From: Candidatus Eiseniibacteriota bacterium
Lineage (GTDB): Bacteria > Eisenbacteria > RBG-16-71-46 > CAVPCR01
Assembly (NCBI GenBank): GCA_963702435.1
Contig: CAVPCR010000005.1
Span: 224,001 to 288,000 of the forward strand
Reading direction: 5' to 3'
DNA length: 64,000 nt
A program made the translations under genes and the position numbers. How positions within the stretch are numbered: position 1 is the stretch's first letter; each line of letters begins with the position of its first letter. This document shows, in pieces, positions 18,888 to 28,070 of this stretch. The notes beneath the pieces are model-generated. The model did not search any database, was not told the DNA's origin, and saw only the letters and a program-made list of their open reading frames with translations.

Positions 18888-20150
18888 ACGCACCCGCGCG
18901 GGACTCCGCCCCGCTCGAGCTCCTCATCGCGACGACCACCTTCACCGCGCCCGCACTCGCGCGCGGCGGGATGCAGCTCGCGGTGCGAGCGCAGGTCGAG
19001 CGCCTCGCGGCGCGCCATCACGTGACGGTGGTCGCGCCGTATCGCCTCTACCCCCCGCTCGGGCGCTACGTGGCGAAGCGCCGCCAGGTGCCGCCGGGCG
19101 CGACGCAGCGAGCGCGAGTCGATCGGCGGGAGCAAGATCGCGATCTTCCGGCCGCGCCAGCTCCATGTGCCCGGCCTGTGGCGGGCTCTCGATCCGTACT
19201 TCATGACGCGCGGGATCCTCGCCGCGGCGCGGGCCGGACGCCGGCCCGACCTCCTGCACGGTCACTGGCTCCATCCGCAGGGAACGGCCGCCGCCAACGC
19301 GGCCCGCGCGCTTGGGCGCCCAGCCGTCCTGACCGCGCACGGGACCGATGTCGCCCGCTTCGACGGGCCGGGCGGCGCGTACTACCGGACCCATTCGCTC
19401 GCCGCGGCCCGGGCCGCCGCCCGCGTCATCTGCGTGAGCGGCGCCATGCGCGACCGCCTCGCCGACCTCGGCGTCGCCGCGGAACGGCTCGTCGTGATCC
19501 CGAACGGCGTGGATCTCGAGCGCTTCACGCCGCGCGAGCGCGCGGCCGCGCGCGCCGAGATCGCCGCGGCGCTCGGGCCGGCCGTCGCGGGCGGTGAGCG
19601 CGGGCCCTTGCTGGTCTTCGCGGGCGAGCTCCTGCCGGTGAAGCAGGTGGACCGGCTGCTCCGCGCCGTGAAGGAACTCGCCGCGGGCGCCGCCGCCCCG
19701 CTTCGCGTGGCGCTCGCGCTCGCCGGCGGCGGCCCCGAGGAGGATCGCCTCCGCACGCTGGCGCGCGAGCTGGGGCTGGGCGACGCGGTCGTCTTCACGG
19801 GACAGCGCCCGCACGCGGAGATGCCGGCGTGGCTCGCGGCCGCCGATCTCCTCGTCTTGCCGAGCGCGAGCGAGGGCTTGCCGCTCGTCGTGCCGGAGGC
19901 GCTCGCCGCCGGAACGCCGGTCGTCGCGAGCCGGGTCGGCGGCATCCCGGAGTGCGTCGCCGAGGGCGTGACGGGAGTGCTCGTGCCGCCAGAGGGGGAT
20001 GCGGAGCTCGCGGCGGGCCTCCGCGCGGCGCTCACCCGCACCTGGGACCGCGCGGCGCTCGCCGCCGCGGCACGCCCCTTCGGCTGGGACGCGCAGGTCG
20101 CGCGCATCGAGGCGGTCTACTACGAGGTCCTCGCCGCGGCGCGCGCCTGA
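18884..20150 (+). pseudogene. GT4 glycosyltransferase, frameshifted near 19090-19125
   Basis: ATGA-coupled start MNAPARD...HHVTVVAPYRLYPPLGRY continues in another frame as ...IFRPRQLHVPGLW...HGTD...VIPNGVD...LPSASEGLPLVVPEA; may be a sequencing error. Confidence 0.7.
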
Positions 20151-20160
20151 GCAACGCGAA

Positions 20161-20193
20161 GCGGCGAGGCCGCCGCACAAGCGACCTCGCCGC
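20161..20193. terminator. Hairpin between convergent genes, possible terminator
   Basis: GCGGCGAGG...CCTCGCCGC inverted repeat. Confidence 0.35.
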
Positions 20194-20230
20194 AACGTAT
20201 CGCTCGCCGCGCTGTTTTCCGCGGAGCGCC

Positions 20231-23116
20231 TTACCGGACCACGACGAGCCGCGCGGTCGCGCTCCTGCCGCCCGCCTCGAGCCGGTAGAAGTAGACGCCG
20301 CTCGGCACGGCGCGCCCCGCCTCATCGCGCCCGTTCCACTCATGCCGGTGCTCGGCCGCAGTCTCCGGTCCGTCGACGAGAGTCCGCACGTGCCGTCCGC
20401 TCACGTCGTAGATGCGGAGGCTCACCGGCCCCGCAGCCGCCAGGCGGTAGCGGATCGCCGCCGGGGGCAGCACCGGATTCGGCGCTATCGGGGCGAGCGT
20501 GAAACCCGCCGCCGGGGCGGCCGCCGCCTCGACGCCGCCGGCCACCCCGAACCACTCGAGCACCCGGGTGACAAGGAGCTCCCGCTGCGCGTCCTCGTAG
20601 ATCCCCTCGAGCCCGAAGCTCAGGAAGACGAGCTTCTGATTCCCATCGGTGAAGTGCGTGCCGCCGAACCAGGACGGCACGTTCTGATAATGGACGAAGT
20701 TGACCCCGCTCAGCTGCCCGATGACGTCGGGCGTCGACTGCCCGTAGGGGCCGGCCGGTTCGAGGCTGAATGAAAGGCCGTTGCCGAGCAGATCCCCCGC
20801 CACGCCGGTCAAGAAGTAGATCCCCGCCGTCGTGGTCGTGTACAGGCAGCGGAGCGTGTTGACGAACCAGATGATCGTCTCCCCCGAGAAGTGGGGGCTC
20901 GCCGGATCGGCGAGGTCGTAGGCGATCTCCTGGCCGGAAACGAGGAGCTTCCCACCGCCCGCGAGGTAGCTCGTGATGAGCGCGCGCTCGCCGGCATCGA
21001 GCGACAGCGACGTCGTGCCCGTGAGCCAGATCACGCACTGGCCGGCGTCGTTCAGGTCGTCGAGCGCGAGCGCGCCCCAGGCCGGGTCGTACACGCCGTA
21101 GGAGCGGCCGACGGCCGCGAGCGTGCTCGCCACACGCACCTCGCGGGTCTCGCCCCCGTCGTCGTCGACCACGAGCACCTGCGCGCCGTTCAACTTGGTG
21201 AAGGAGACCTCGCTCGACTGCGTCGGATCGCCCTGGGAGACGGCGCGGAGCGTGATCGTCGCGCTTCCCGGGTTCCCCTGCGAATCGAGGCTGATCGTGA
21301 TCGGTGCCGCGGCCCCCACGGACAGGCTCAAGGTGCTCGGACCGCTGAAGGTGCCGGCGGGAGTCGTGTAGGAGTAGCTCCAGCCGGCCGGCGCGCCGTT
21401 CAAGGTGATGTCGTAGGTGTCGCTCGCGAGGCCGCGGTTCTGCATGCTCGCGGCGAAGGAGACCGCCTCGCTCGCGCTGCCGATCTGGGCCGGCGGGCCG
21501 GTGCGCGCCATGCTGAGCGCGTAGAGGATGTTCGCCGCGGCCCGGGCGTTCACGAAGCCCCAGCCGTAACTCGTGTCGTAGCCGGTGGCGCCGAGATCAC
21601 GACAGGTGGCGTAGAGACGGGCCTCCGCCTGGGCCGCCGTGTAGTTGGGATTGACCGAGAGCATGAGCGCCGCGACACCAGCGGCATAGGGCGAGGAGAA
21701 GGAGGTGCCGTCGACCGCCAGGTAGTCGCCGCCCCCGTAACCGGCACCGCCCGTGCGATCGGTTGTCCAGATGGTCTGACCCGGGGCGGACAGGTCGAGG
21801 CCGACTCCGTAGTTGCTGAAGCCGGCCCGGAAGCCGCCCGGGGCGAGCGCGGCGACCGCGTTCACGGTCGGCAGCGAGGAGGGATAGCCGATCGTCGGCT
21901 GGCCATCATTGCCGGCGGAGGCGAAGTGCACGACCCCCGCGTCACGGGTACGCTCGTACGCATCGGCGATGACGTTGCTCGGCTGGCCGTAGCTGTTCGA
22001 GTTGTTGGTGACGCGGCAGCCTTGCTGCTGGCCCCAGTCGATGGCCGCGGCCGTCCAGCTGTACTGCCCCGACCAGGTGCCGTTGCAGGGGACGGTGGCG
22101 ATGCCGATGCGCGCCGACAGGACGGGGCAGGCCGGCGAGATGCCGACGACGCCGAGCGCGTTGTTGATAACGGCAGCAATGCAACCCGCAACTGCCGTGC
22201 CGTGATTGTCGCAGGCGTTCACCGGGCCGCCGTTCCCGGCCTCGGTCGTGAAATCACGTCCGCCGGCCACGTTGAGATCGGGGTGATTCAGCTGGACGCC
22301 GGTGTCGAGCACGAGCACCTTGATGCTCGCGCTCCCGGTCGTGATATCCCAGGCCTCGTCGCCATCCATGTCGAAGTTGATCTGGCCGCCGAACTGGCCG
22401 GTGTTGCGGATCCCCCAGAGATCCCCGAACTGCGTGTCGTTCGGAATGAGGTCGCTTCGCGCCGAGAACTGCATGTCGGGCTCGGCCCACGCCACCTCCG
22501 GCGCCTCGGCGAGCCGGTTGGCGATCGCCAGCACCTCGAATCCGTCGGCCGAGCGCGCGGCGAGCTCGAAGGCGCCGGAGAGGCCCGCGAAGTCCCGGGT
22601 CACCACCTCGAGCTCGGGCGCGAGCGCCGGGAGGAGGAGATCCGCCTCGGCAGCGAAGTCGGGCTTGAGGCGCACGAGGATGTGCGGCGTGACGGTCACC
22701 CAGGTCTCGTTCGATCCGTGGAACACGGGGGCCGCGAACTCGATCGAGGCGCCGGCGCCAAGCGCGGCGACCTGCGCCGCGGCATCCGCCGCATCGTCGA
22801 GCGCAGTCGCGAGGTCGAGGAGATGCCAGCGTGCGACCCCGGTCGGCACGGCCGCGACCGCGCGCACGCCGACAGCCTCCGCCGCGTCCAGGCGCGCGCG
22901 CTCGTCGATCTCGCTCCGGTAGCGCACGGCGAGCCGCGACACGTCCAGCCGGAGATCGATGCGCTCCCCTTGATACATGTAGTACGTCGGCGCCGGCGCG
23001 GCACCGGCGGGCGGCGCGAGCGCAGAGAGCGCCAGCGCCAGGGTCGAGGAGACGAGTACGAGTCGGAGGATGCGGGATGCGCGCGGGCGAGCGCCCGCGG
23101 CGGATCTGCTTTCCAT
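20231..23116 (-). CDS. Secreted S8 subtilisin-like serine peptidase with C-terminal FlgD-Ig-type domain
   Basis: LDTG (Asp), HGTAVAG (His), GTSFSSP (Ser); C-terminal PNP...IYDVSGRHVRTL...WNGRDEAG...SGVYFYRL. Confidence 0.9.
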   Translation of the reverse strand: MESRSAAGARPRASRILRLVLVSSTLALALSALAPPAGAAPAPTYYMYQGERIDLRLDVSRLAVRYRSEIDERARLDAAEAVGVRAVAAVPTGVARWHLLDLATALDDAADAAAQVAALGAGASIEFAAPVFHGSNETWVTVTPHILVRLKPDFAAEADLLLPALAPELEVVTRDFAGLSGAFELAARSADGFEVLAIANRLAEAPEVAWAEPDMQFSARSDLIPNDTQFGDLWGIRNTGQFGGQINFDMDGDEAWDITTGSASIKVLVLDTGVQLNHPDLNVAGGRDFTTEAGNGGPVNACDNHGTAVAGCIAAVINNALGVVGISPACPVLSARIGIATVPCNGTWSGQYSWTAAAIDWGQQQGCRVTNNSNSYGQPSNVIADAYERTRDAGVVHFASAGNDGQPTIGYPSSLPTVNAVAALAPGGFRAGFSNYGVGLDLSAPGQTIWTTDRTGGAGYGGGDYLAVDGTSFSSPYAAGVAALMLSVNPNYTAAQAEARLYATCRDLGATGYDTSYGWGFVNARAAANILYALSMARTGPPAQIGSASEAVSFAASMQNRGLASDTYDITLNGAPAGWSYSYTTPAGTFSGPSTLSLSVGAAAPITISLDSQGNPGSATITLRAVSQGDPTQSSEVSFTKLNGAQVLVVDDDGGETREVRVASTLAAVGRSYGVYDPAWGALALDDLNDAGQCVIWLTGTTSLSLDAGERALITSYLAGGGKLLVSGQEIAYDLADPASPHFSGETIIWFVNTLRCLYTTTTAGIYFLTGVAGDLLGNGLSFSLEPAGPYGQSTPDVIGQLSGVNFVHYQNVPSWFGGTHFTDGNQKLVFLSFGLEGIYEDAQRELLVTRVLEWFGVAGGVEAAAAPAAGFTLAPIAPNPVLPPAAIRYRLAAAGPVSLRIYDVSGRHVRTLVDGPETAAEHRHEWNGRDEAGRAVPSGVYFYRLEAGGRSATARLVVVR

Positions 23117-23278
23117 CTTCTGCCCCCTGGTCAAGAGGTGGTGGGAAGGCCGGTTGGCGGCGGGGAGCGCCAGCCTTCCACCTCTATTATAGGTACTGGG
23201 GGCGCCGGCTGCCAGCGACAGCGGCCAGGCGAGGCCATGGGCGAGGCCATGCAGGAGGCGCGACGCGTTCTTGCCGAT

Positions 23279-24400
23279 CTAGGGCCCCGCGTTCCCGAGC
23301 GGCGCCTGCCCCACCGCCTCTTCGAGCCGGTCCTCGATCTGGTCGGTGATGCCGAGGCCCGGCGCCGGCGAGGGGTAAAGCACCCCGTTTCTGAGCTTCA
23401 GGATCCCGGCGGCCGGGTCGCCGATGAGATCGATGTGCCCGTCGAGATCCGCCGCGACGACCCCCGGGCGGGCGAGGGCAACGGCGAGGCCCGCGGCGAT
23501 GCCGAGCTCCGACTCGTCCATGCAGCCCACCATCACCGAGCAGTCTGCCGAGCGGCCGACCGAGATCGCCTGCAGGGCCGCGAGGATGCCGCCGCACTTC
23601 ATGAGCTTCACGTTGACGAGATCGGCCAGGCGCCCGCGCGCCACCCGGAACGCGTCGAACAGGTTCAAGAGCGATTCGTCGGCCATCACCGGCACCGGGC
23701 TCTTCCGCTGCACGGTGCGGAGATCGCGCAGCGCGGCGCGCGGCGTCGGCTGCTCGATCATCTCGAGGTTCGCCGCCTTCGAGTGCTCGATGAGGACGAG
23801 AGTCTGATCGGCGTCGTAGGCCTGGTTGGCATCGAAGCGGAGTCGGATGCGCGACCCCACGGCCTCGCGGGTCGCGAGGAGCCGCTCGATGTCTTCGTCG
23901 AGATCGCGCCCGCCCTTGATCTTGAGCGCGCGAAAGCCCTGTTTCACCCGCGCGCGCGCCTCGGCCACCGTCTCCTTGCAGCTCGAGATCCCGATCGTGA
24001 TCGAGGTCATGATGCGGGTGCGATAGCCGCCGAGGAGCTGGTAGAGCGGCAGCCCGGCCCGCTTGGCGAGGAGATCCCACATCGCCATCTCGACCGCCGC
24101 GCGCGCCGCGGGCTCCCGCGGCGCGAGGCGTTCGAGCCCCACGGCGAGCCGGACGACCCGGGTCGGCTCGGCGCCGATCACATGCGGGCGGATGACCTGG
24201 TCGATCGCGGACGCCGATTGCTCGAGCGCTTCGCCGGTGACCGCCTCGTCCGGAGCGGCGATCCCCCAGCCCGCGCGGCCCCGCTCGTCGACGACCCGGA
24301 CCAGGATGTTCTCGGCGGCGAACACGGTCTCGTAGGCGATCGCATAGGGCTGGCTGAGCGGCATGCGGAGGCGGGCGACATCCAGGCTCTTGATCCCCAT
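23279..24400 (-). CDS. Enolase-superfamily dipeptide epimerase / N-acyl-amino-acid racemase (DgcA/AEE-like)
   Basis: KIK, DANQ, EQP, DES, NVKLMKCGG, GCMDES and the DLD motif of dipeptide epimerases. Confidence 0.88.
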   Translation of the reverse strand: MGIKSLDVARLRMPLSQPYAIAYETVFAAENILVRVVDERGRAGWGIAAPDEAVTGEALEQSASAIDQVIRPHVIGAEPTRVVRLAVGLERLAPREPAARAAVEMAMWDLLAKRAGLPLYQLLGGYRTRIMTSITIGISSCKETVAEARARVKQGFRALKIKGGRDLDEDIERLLATREAVGSRIRLRFDANQAYDADQTLVLIEHSKAANLEMIEQPTPRAALRDLRTVQRKSPVPVMADESLLNLFDAFRVARGRLADLVNVKLMKCGGILAALQAISVGRSADCSVMVGCMDESELGIAAGLAVALARPGVVAADLDGHIDLIGDPAAGILKLRNGVLYPSPAPGLGITDQIEDRLEEAVGQAPLGNAGP

Positions 24401-24452
24401 CAGCTCCTCACCACCCTTCGCCTGACACCCCGCCTCGCCGCTCGCTGCCCCA

Positions 24453-26909
24453 TCACACGTTCCGCCGGTTGTGCAGCTCCTCGAGGCGGAGGCCCTTCAG
24501 GTCCTCGAGAAACGCCGCCAGGTGATCGATCATGATCGCCCACAGCTTCTCCCCCTTCTCGCGGCTCGCGCGCGTCGGATCGCCGAGCACGCCCGAGTCG
24601 GAGAAGCGAGCGGTGCGCGCGTACCACTCGACCGAGTTGCGCTCGGTGAAGTCCAGGTACTTCGAGGAGAAGCGCGGCACCGAGCGCCGGAGGCGGTCGG
24701 TGCGCACGAGGTGGGGCCGCGTGGCGAGCGAGGTCGAGGTCTCGAACTCGCCGCCGTGCACATCGTTCGATGTCTCGATGTACGCCTGCACCTCGGCGTC
24801 CGAGGTCTCGCCGGAGTCGACGCAAGTGAAGATGCGCGCGTCGCGATTCACGAGCTGCGCCGCGTAGCGGAGCGCCGGCACGTTGCCGCCGTGGCCGTTG
24901 ACGATGACGAACTTGGTGATGCCGTGCCGGGCCACCGACATGCCGACCTCGACGACGAGACGTGAGAGTATGTCGGGACTGACGGCGACCGTGCCCGGGA
25001 AGTCCATGTGGTGATAGGCGACGCCGTAGGCGATCGTCGGGAGCACGAGCGGGCGCGGTGCTCTCACCCGGCGCGCCGCCTCGATCGCCAGGTACTCGGC
25101 GTCGTAGGTATCGGTGTCGAGGGAGAGATGCGGCCCGTGCTGCTCGGTCGAACCGACCGGGAGCAGGGCGATCTCCGCGGCGCGGAAGCGATCCCGCGCC
25201 TCCTCCCAGGTCATGTGCGCGACCAGGATGTCGGAGAGATCGCCCGCCGCGCGCGGCGCCGGCTTCCGCTCGGCGCGGGCCGGCTCCCTGCCGGCGCGCG
25301 CGGAGGTCCGCGGCGCGGGCTGGCGCGGCGCGCGGTCCGTTCCGCCCGCCGCGTCCGCCGCCCCCGCGGGCGACCGGCCGAGCTCCGCGCCGAGCGTCGT
25401 CCGCCGCCACTCTTGCCCGGCGCGGCGGAGGAGCCCGTCCGCGTGCCGGCTCATGAGCGAGACGAGCGGCCGGCGGAGATCGCCCGGGATCGCGCTGAGC
25501 GGCGAGCGCCCGGGGTCGACGCGGAGCGCGAGCACCTCGGGGCGCGCCGCGGCGCGCGCGCCTGCGATCGACCCCCCGGGAAGATCGCCGCGTTTCTTCA
25601 GGAGCCAGGCCGTGTGCGCGACGGCCGGCGCTTCCTGGCTCAACCCGTGCTCGCCGAGAACGGCGAGGATCCTGGCGACGTCCTGCTCGTCGTACCCGAG
25701 GAGGCGCGGATCGACCCCGAGCGCGCGCGCCATCGCCACCACGCGCCGGCATTTCTCGCAGGTTCCGCACGGGCGCACCCGATCGCCCTCGACGTGCGTG
25801 GCATGGCAGGAGACCTGGAGCGAGAGGAGCTCCGGATAGCGCTCGGCGAGCACCTTCTCGACCAGGAGCTCGGAGCAGTTCCGCAGCAGCGAGGTCTGGT
25901 CGATGGCGAGGCCCTTGTCGCGGTAGAAACGGCTCAGCATCAGGTCGAAGTAGATGCTCTGGTCGAAGAGCCCGTGGAAGTGGGGCACGCCTTCCCGCTT
26001 CGACATCTGGGTCGTGTCGTACTCGTCGCCGATCAGGAGACGGCCGATCCGGCGCGCGGCGAGGACGGGAAGCGCGGCGAACACGAACACCGCCACCGTC
26101 CACAGCCGGATCGGGTACTGGTCGGAGCGGACGCGCGCGAAATCGGCGCGCACGAAGGGCAGCTGCCGGAGCATGAAGTTGAACATACGATCGGCGCTGG
26201 TCCACACGCGCGCGGTCTCCGGCACCCGCGCCTGGAACCAGCGGTAGGCGTTGAGCGCGGTGAACCAGTGACGGCCCGACTCGTTGATGAAGATCGGATG
26301 CGTCTCGACGCCGAGCTCGCGGAGGAGGCCGTAGGTGAGGAGGCTCTCCTTGCCGCCGGAGGAGAGCACGCCGTGCCGCCGCGCCTCGCCCGCGCCGTGG
26401 GTGATCGGCCCGGCCATGTCGGCCGTGATTCGCGCCCGCAAGTAATCGCGCCTTGGGACAAACTCTTGCGAGGTGATCCGCGGATCGAGGAAGGGATTCG
26501 GCGCCGCGATCTTGTGCACGTAGATCTCGCGCGCGGTGTTGCGGGCGGCCGCGGTCAGGAACTCGATGTCGGTGGCGTCGAGGAGTCCCTCGAGGACGAT
26601 CTCGCGCGCGAAGAGACCGTAGTTGAGAGCGACCTGGGCGGCGGCGAGAGCGGCCAGGTTCTCGGAGGCCGGATCGCCCGACTGGAAGACGTCTTCCTCG
26701 TAGGCGAAACCCATCTCGCCGCGACTGCTGGCGCCGTTGCGGGAAACCGCGATGAGCTGCGCGGTCGCGCGGCGGCGCTCGATGCGCGGCCGGGTGACGA
26801 TGAGCTTGTCGAGGACGAGGAGACGCTCGAAGACGGCATCCGCCGCCGGAGCCTTCGCCGCCCGCGCCGTCCTCACCCCCCTCGCCGGCGCCGCCTTCCG
26901 CCTAGCCAT
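24453..26909 (-). CDS. Fusion protein: N-terminal PP-loop ATPase-like domain with Cys cluster plus C-terminal creatininase-family amidohydrolase
   Basis: SSGGKES PP-loop-like motif, SCH...PCGTCEKC; C-terminal GSTEQHGPHL..DTD, NGHGGN, DVHGGEFETS. Confidence 0.8.
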   Translation of the reverse strand: MARRKAAPARGVRTARAAKAPAADAVFERLLVLDKLIVTRPRIERRRATAQLIAVSRNGASSRGEMGFAYEEDVFQSGDPASENLAALAAAQVALNYGLFAREIVLEGLLDATDIEFLTAAARNTAREIYVHKIAAPNPFLDPRITSQEFVPRRDYLRARITADMAGPITHGAGEARRHGVLSSGGKESLLTYGLLRELGVETHPIFINESGRHWFTALNAYRWFQARVPETARVWTSADRMFNFMLRQLPFVRADFARVRSDQYPIRLWTVAVFVFAALPVLAARRIGRLLIGDEYDTTQMSKREGVPHFHGLFDQSIYFDLMLSRFYRDKGLAIDQTSLLRNCSELLVEKVLAERYPELLSLQVSCHATHVEGDRVRPCGTCEKCRRVVAMARALGVDPRLLGYDEQDVARILAVLGEHGLSQEAPAVAHTAWLLKKRGDLPGGSIAGARAAARPEVLALRVDPGRSPLSAIPGDLRRPLVSLMSRHADGLLRRAGQEWRRTTLGAELGRSPAGAADAAGGTDRAPRQPAPRTSARAGREPARAERKPAPRAAGDLSDILVAHMTWEEARDRFRAAEIALLPVGSTEQHGPHLSLDTDTYDAEYLAIEAARRVRAPRPLVLPTIAYGVAYHHMDFPGTVAVSPDILSRLVVEVGMSVARHGITKFVIVNGHGGNVPALRYAAQLVNRDARIFTCVDSGETSDAEVQAYIETSNDVHGGEFETSTSLATRPHLVRTDRLRRSVPRFSSKYLDFTERNSVEWYARTARFSDSGVLGDPTRASREKGEKLWAIMIDHLAAFLEDLKGLRLEELHNRRNV

Positions 26910-28065
26910 CGGCCCTCCCCGTCGCGGGCGCCGGTGCGAGCTCGGGGTAGCGGCCCACGAGCTCCGCGATCACGCGCTCGGGTCCGTCCACGAGCACGTC
27001 CACCACCGGCCGCCCGACCTCGCCCTCGAGTCGACGGGCGGTCGCGGCGATCGCGTCCGCCGCGAGCCCCTCGTGGTTCAGCGTGATCGCGACGACCGGA
27101 CGGCCCGAGATCTCCTCGACCAGCCGGATGTGTCGATCGAGCGGTCCGATCGGGAAACCGGGGAATCCGTCGTGATCGATGCGCGCCGGAGCATGCTGCA
27201 GGATGACCGCCCGCGGCCGGCCCGCGGCGAGGAGCTCGAACCCGCCCGGATAGGCGGGATTCAGGAGGCTCCCCTGCCCCTCGAGGAGGATCACCTGCGG
27301 CCGCTCGGCATCCCACGCGCGGAGGACCGCGTGCTCGATCTCGCCGGCGACGAAGTCGTTCACGATCGAGTCGAGGAGGATCCCGTAGCGCGCACCCTGG
27401 AGCCATGCCGTCTGGCCGGTGCCGATCATGACCGTCCGGATGCCGCGCGCGTTGAGTCCGTGCTCGAGGATGGTCGCGGTCGTGCGCTTGCCGACGGCCG
27501 AGTCGGTGCCGAGGACGGCGACGATCACCGCACGCACCTCGGCGATGCGGCCGGTGAAGAAGTGGAGCTCGCGGGTCGGCTTCGGCTTCCGGATATCGCG
27601 GAGGACGACTCCATGCGCAGCGGCGAGGGCCGCGAGCTCGGGCTCGTCGCTCAGGTAATCATGGAGGCCCGAGTCCACGTGGAGCCCCTGGCGGATGGCG
27701 GCCACCACGGTCGCGCGCGCCGCGGGCGGAAGGCGACCGCCGTCGGGCGCGAGCCCGATCACGAGATGCGTGAGCGCCGCGCCCCGCGCGCGCGCCGCTC
27801 GGGCCGCCTGGTCGAGCGAGCCGACGAGCGGGATCCCGGCCGGCCGGCCGTCGAGCACCTCTCCGGCGTCGCGGCCGTCGAGGCGGGAGTCGATGACCGC
27901 GGCAATGTCGTAGCGACGTGTGTGGCGCACGAGGCCGTGCGCGGTCTTTCCGTTCGGCGTGCCGAAGGCGCCCTCGCAATAGACGACGGCGGTGCCGTCC
28001 CGCGCTGAGGCTCCGTTCCACGCAGCGATGCCGTCCGCGGCCGCCTCTCGGCCGGCGCTCGCCAT
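26902..28065 (-). CDS. DUF1611 protein (DgcN-like D-glutamate N-acetyltransferase family)
   Basis: GKTAHGLVR, IGLAPDGG, SGLH, GTDSAVGKRTT, TGQT, EGQGSL. Confidence 0.87.
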   Translation of the reverse strand: MASAGREAAADGIAAWNGASARDGTAVVYCEGAFGTPNGKTAHGLVRHTRRYDIAAVIDSRLDGRDAGEVLDGRPAGIPLVGSLDQAARAARARGAALTHLVIGLAPDGGRLPPAARATVVAAIRQGLHVDSGLHDYLSDEPELAALAAAHGVVLRDIRKPKPTRELHFFTGRIAEVRAVIVAVLGTDSAVGKRTTATILEHGLNARGIRTVMIGTGQTAWLQGARYGILLDSIVNDFVAGEIEHAVLRAWDAERPQVILLEGQGSLLNPAYPGGFELLAAGRPRAVILQHAPARIDHDGFPGFPIGPLDRHIRLVEEISGRPVVAITLNHEGLAADAIAATARRLEGEVGRPVVDVLVDGPERVIAELVGRYPELAPAPATGRADG

Positions 28066-28070
28066 GGCCG

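Noticed and set aside
20891..24535. 1214-aa plus-strand ORF
   Set aside because: Shadow of the S8 peptidase and epimerase genes; long stop-free antisense frames are expected at this GC content.
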